In this document: piece after piece, positions 61,538 through 64,000 of the stretch
Numbering within the stretch: position 1 is the stretch's first letter
Layout of the letters: the number at the start of each line of letters is the position of its first letter
From: Desulfosudaceae bacterium
Lineage (GTDB): Bacteria; Desulfobacterota; Desulfobacteria; Desulfobacterales; Desulfosudaceae
Direction: 5' to 3'
Assembly (NCBI GenBank): GCA_963674745.2
Contig: CAXXDV010000003.1
Coordinates: 1,344,001-1,408,000, forward strand
Length of the DNA stretch: 64,000 nt
The notes under the pieces: generated by a model
The model's input: the letters and a program-made list of their open reading frames with translations, nothing else
Database searches by the model: none
What the model was told of the DNA's origin: nothing
Position numbers and translations under genes: made by a program

Positions 61538-62827
61538 ATGCTTAATTACAAAGCGATCGAGATTTTTACCAGCGAAGAAGCACGTTACCGGAAAAAGCCG
61601 TTAGTCGATACGGTCCTGCAATATATCAAAGACTTGAAGATTGCCGCCCGCTGTATCGTCACCCGGGGTATTGCCGGTTGTTACGAAAGCGGTGAATTGA
61701 CGACTACCCGCCTGGAAATCCTCTCTTTCAACCTGCCGGTCCGAATCTATATCGTTCTTCCAGACGCTGAAGCCGAACGGGTGCTCGACGGACTGAACGA
61801 GATGATCACCGACGGCATCGTGGCGCTGCATGATCTGAACGTACTCTGTCACCGGACGCAAAATGCCTTTTTTCCCAGGCAGCTCCTGGTTCGGGACGTC
61901 ATGACCCGCGATCCGGAATGTGTGACAGCCGGCACCGCTTTGAGCGATGTGGTTCGCCTGCTTTTATCCTCGATTTTTTCAGGGTTGCCCGTAGTCGATG
62001 AGTTCAACCGTCCCGTGGGTGTCATCACCCAGGGGGATTTGATTAAAAAAGGCGGCCTTCCCCTGCGTTTGGGGCTGCTGGCAGAGTCCGATCAGAACCG
62101 CCTGGCGTCTGTTTTAAACCGGCTTTCTTCCCGAACGGCCAGCGAAGTCATGACGACACCGGCGGTGATGATTGCCGCCGACCAGCCATTAACCAAAGCA
62201 GTGGAACTGATGTTGAACAAAGGCGTTAAACGCCTGCCGGTAGTCGATAAGAACGGCGGAATCTCAGGCATGCTGTCGCGGCTGGATATCTTCCGGACGG
62301 TCATGCGGGAGGCGCCGGACTGGGACACATTCAAGGCGCAAAAAATAGAAGTAAAACAGCTAAAACGCGTAGGGGACATTTTACACCGGGACGTGCACGC
62401 CGTCTCACCGGAGACGACGATTGATGAAGTTATCCGGTTTATCGATGACAACGCCATTCAACGGGTGGCCGTTGTTGACACCGGGGGAAAACTGCTGGGG
62501 TTGATTTCGGATCGTGATTTGCTGCGATACTTCAAGCCGGAGCAGGAAGGTGTCTGGCGTATATTGGCAAAGATGAAAAACCCCTTCAAGCAGGAGACTT
62601 CCGATTCCGGAGATATTCAAAAGCGCCTGTCCGAGATAACCGCAGGAGCGGTCATGACAACAACGGTGATTACGGTTGATGAGGACATGAAAATCGAAAC
62701 GGCCATCGGTTTGATGCTTGACAAGGGGCTAAAACGGCTTCCCGTAATTAACCGGGATGGCCGGTTCCAGGGCATGATCAGTCGGGACGCGCTGTTGCGG
62801 ACGGGGTATGGAAGCCAGGCGTCTTGA
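61538..62827 (+). CDS. DUF190 (PII-like) domain plus two CBS-pair protein
   Basis: N-terminal IFTSE...VTRGIAG...LS.NLPV.I; four CBS domains (VRDVMT, LPVVD, G.ISRxD); directly after crcB. Confidence 0.85.
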   Translation: MLNYKAIEIFTSEEARYRKKPLVDTVLQYIKDLKIAARCIVTRGIAGCYESGELTTTRLEILSFNLPVRIYIVLPDAEAERVLDGLNEMITDGIVALHDLNVLCHRTQNAFFPRQLLVRDVMTRDPECVTAGTALSDVVRLLLSSIFSGLPVVDEFNRPVGVITQGDLIKKGGLPLRLGLLAESDQNRLASVLNRLSSRTASEVMTTPAVMIAADQPLTKAVELMLNKGVKRLPVVDKNGGISGMLSRLDIFRTVMREAPDWDTFKAQKIEVKQLKRVGDILHRDVHAVSPETTIDEVIRFIDDNAIQRVAVVDTGGKLLGLISDRDLLRYFKPEQEGVWRILAKMKNPFKQETSDSGDIQKRLSEITAGAVMTTTVITVDEDMKIETAIGLMLDKGLKRLPVINRDGRFQGMISRDALLRTGYGSQAS

Positions 62828-62842
62828 ACGCCTGATGTCTGT

Positions 62843-63529
62843 TTATACCCCTCCCCTGTTCAAGGCATCCAGCAAAGGTGCGATATCTTCTTTATATTCC
62901 GGTTCAATCAGTAAATTTCTGGCCGGGAAATTGGGGATAAACGGTTGACCATGCACCGACAAGTACCCCTCTCTGTATCGCATTCTGTTTTCCGCCGATT
63001 GCATGAAAATCAGCACATCTGTCATGTTGCCGGTAAAACCGTATGAATCAATATGTTCAATATACTGCAACATGACATGATTAACCGATACGGTCAGCGG
63101 TGACATGCGCGCGTATTCCCCTCGCCGGCAAGTCTTCTGGGAAACCAGGCAACGGCAGGCAAAAGGACGCACATCATATATCGGGCACTGGTTCTCGCTC
63201 AACAAAGGGCAATCTCCCCAGGCCGGATCAATAACCTCTTCCGGCACTTCCTCCTCTTTGACAATCATTTCCGTCAACCGGTTAAACGTGAACTGAGGGA
63301 TAAAACGCTTTCTTAATAAGTATGCTTGCAACTGATCCGGAACAGCCACCCGGCCTGCCCGTTCCAATGCCTCGACAATCAGAAAGCCCTCCAGAGAAGT
63401 TATGGTTACATTAATGGTGCAGCAGGTGGCGCACCCGGCCCGGCAAGCCAGGTCAAGCGAGTCGACATGCTCATCATACACTTTGCAAATATGATTATAA
63501 GCAGTTGTTTTATCATCGATATTAAACAT
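62843..63529 (-). CDS. YkgJ-family cysteine-cluster protein
   Basis: CRAGCATCC, CPLL, CPIYDVRPFACR. Confidence 0.85.
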   Translation of the reverse strand: MFNIDDKTTAYNHICKVYDEHVDSLDLACRAGCATCCTINVTITSLEGFLIVEALERAGRVAVPDQLQAYLLRKRFIPQFTFNRLTEMIVKEEEVPEEVIDPAWGDCPLLSENQCPIYDVRPFACRCLVSQKTCRRGEYARMSPLTVSVNHVMLQYIEHIDSYGFTGNMTDVLIFMQSAENRMRYREGYLSVHGQPFIPNFPARNLLIEPEYKEDIAPLLDALNRGGV

Positions 63530-64000
63530 AATTTATGCACCTGGCCGTTTCGCATTTGTCGATTTTCCCCGTTATCTCCAATCGGAAAAGCATCTACTTA
63601 AATTTCCGGAATTTCACGAACGGCAAAGCGACCTGGTTCCTTCAAAACTTGCGCGCCGTAATCTTGAATTTTATGCCTCCATGAAGCTTGTTTTTCTTAC
63701 TTCATACCATGAGGCACACCCCCCATTCAATACTATTACGCCTCAAGTTGATAGAATAAGCATTGACACTTAAAAGCCGGGTTGGTAAAATAATCGAATA
63801 AAAAAAGGAACTTGATGCCACACTGAGGCACATATCACCATAATTACAAAATTTTATGAGGGCCACATGCTTGGAAAAATGCTGAAACTGCCTCAGAAAC
63901 CCCATCAACCGGAGTAATTTGTGACAAAAAACAATAAATTCAAGATGCTTATAATATTTCTGCTGGTCTTCCCCCTTTTTCCCGTCGACGTCACCGCCAA

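Noticed and set aside
63530..64000. Possible gene or ncRNA at the right edge
   Set aside because: Only short ORFs without motifs, and no recognisable RNA family consensus.

Overview
A 64-kb chromosomal segment from an anaerobic Desulfobacterales-like deltaproteobacterium (taxonomy inferred from gene content). It probably lies at the replication terminus: a dif-like site is at 19430-19457 and KOPS-like octamers change polarity around it. Most of the window is housekeeping: znuACB-zur, tadA, purA, glmU-like/glmM, smc-ftsY, hup, ligA, glyQS, recO, mgtE, surA-like genes, mfd, fusA, crcB and three tRNAs. Two accessory regions stand out. (1) 49933-59940 is a compact, co-oriented, RiPP-like post-translational modification operon. 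It has four radical SAM/SPASM genes carrying five radical SAM domains, one fused to a HemN-like radical SAM and one to a U32-family domain. It also has two PqqD/RRE-like genes, one of them frameshifted. The central gene encodes a Tat-lipoprotein with a 7-blade WD40 propeller and a 20-Cys tail containing seven C-x-C-[DN]-[TC]-[IV] repeats and ending GGGHYWYPT, which is the likely substrate. (2) A ~2.8-kb islet at the 3' end of tRNA-Arg(ACG) encodes a secreted PKD-repeat protein with an in-frame TGA just after its signal peptide, followed 11 nt later by a SECIS-like hairpin, making it a candidate new selenoprotein. Smaller elements include a 177-bp MITE with an 8-bp target duplication, GTAG-type REP doublets, and Zur- and NrdR-like boxes. 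All family calls come from motif recognition by eye; no database searches were run.
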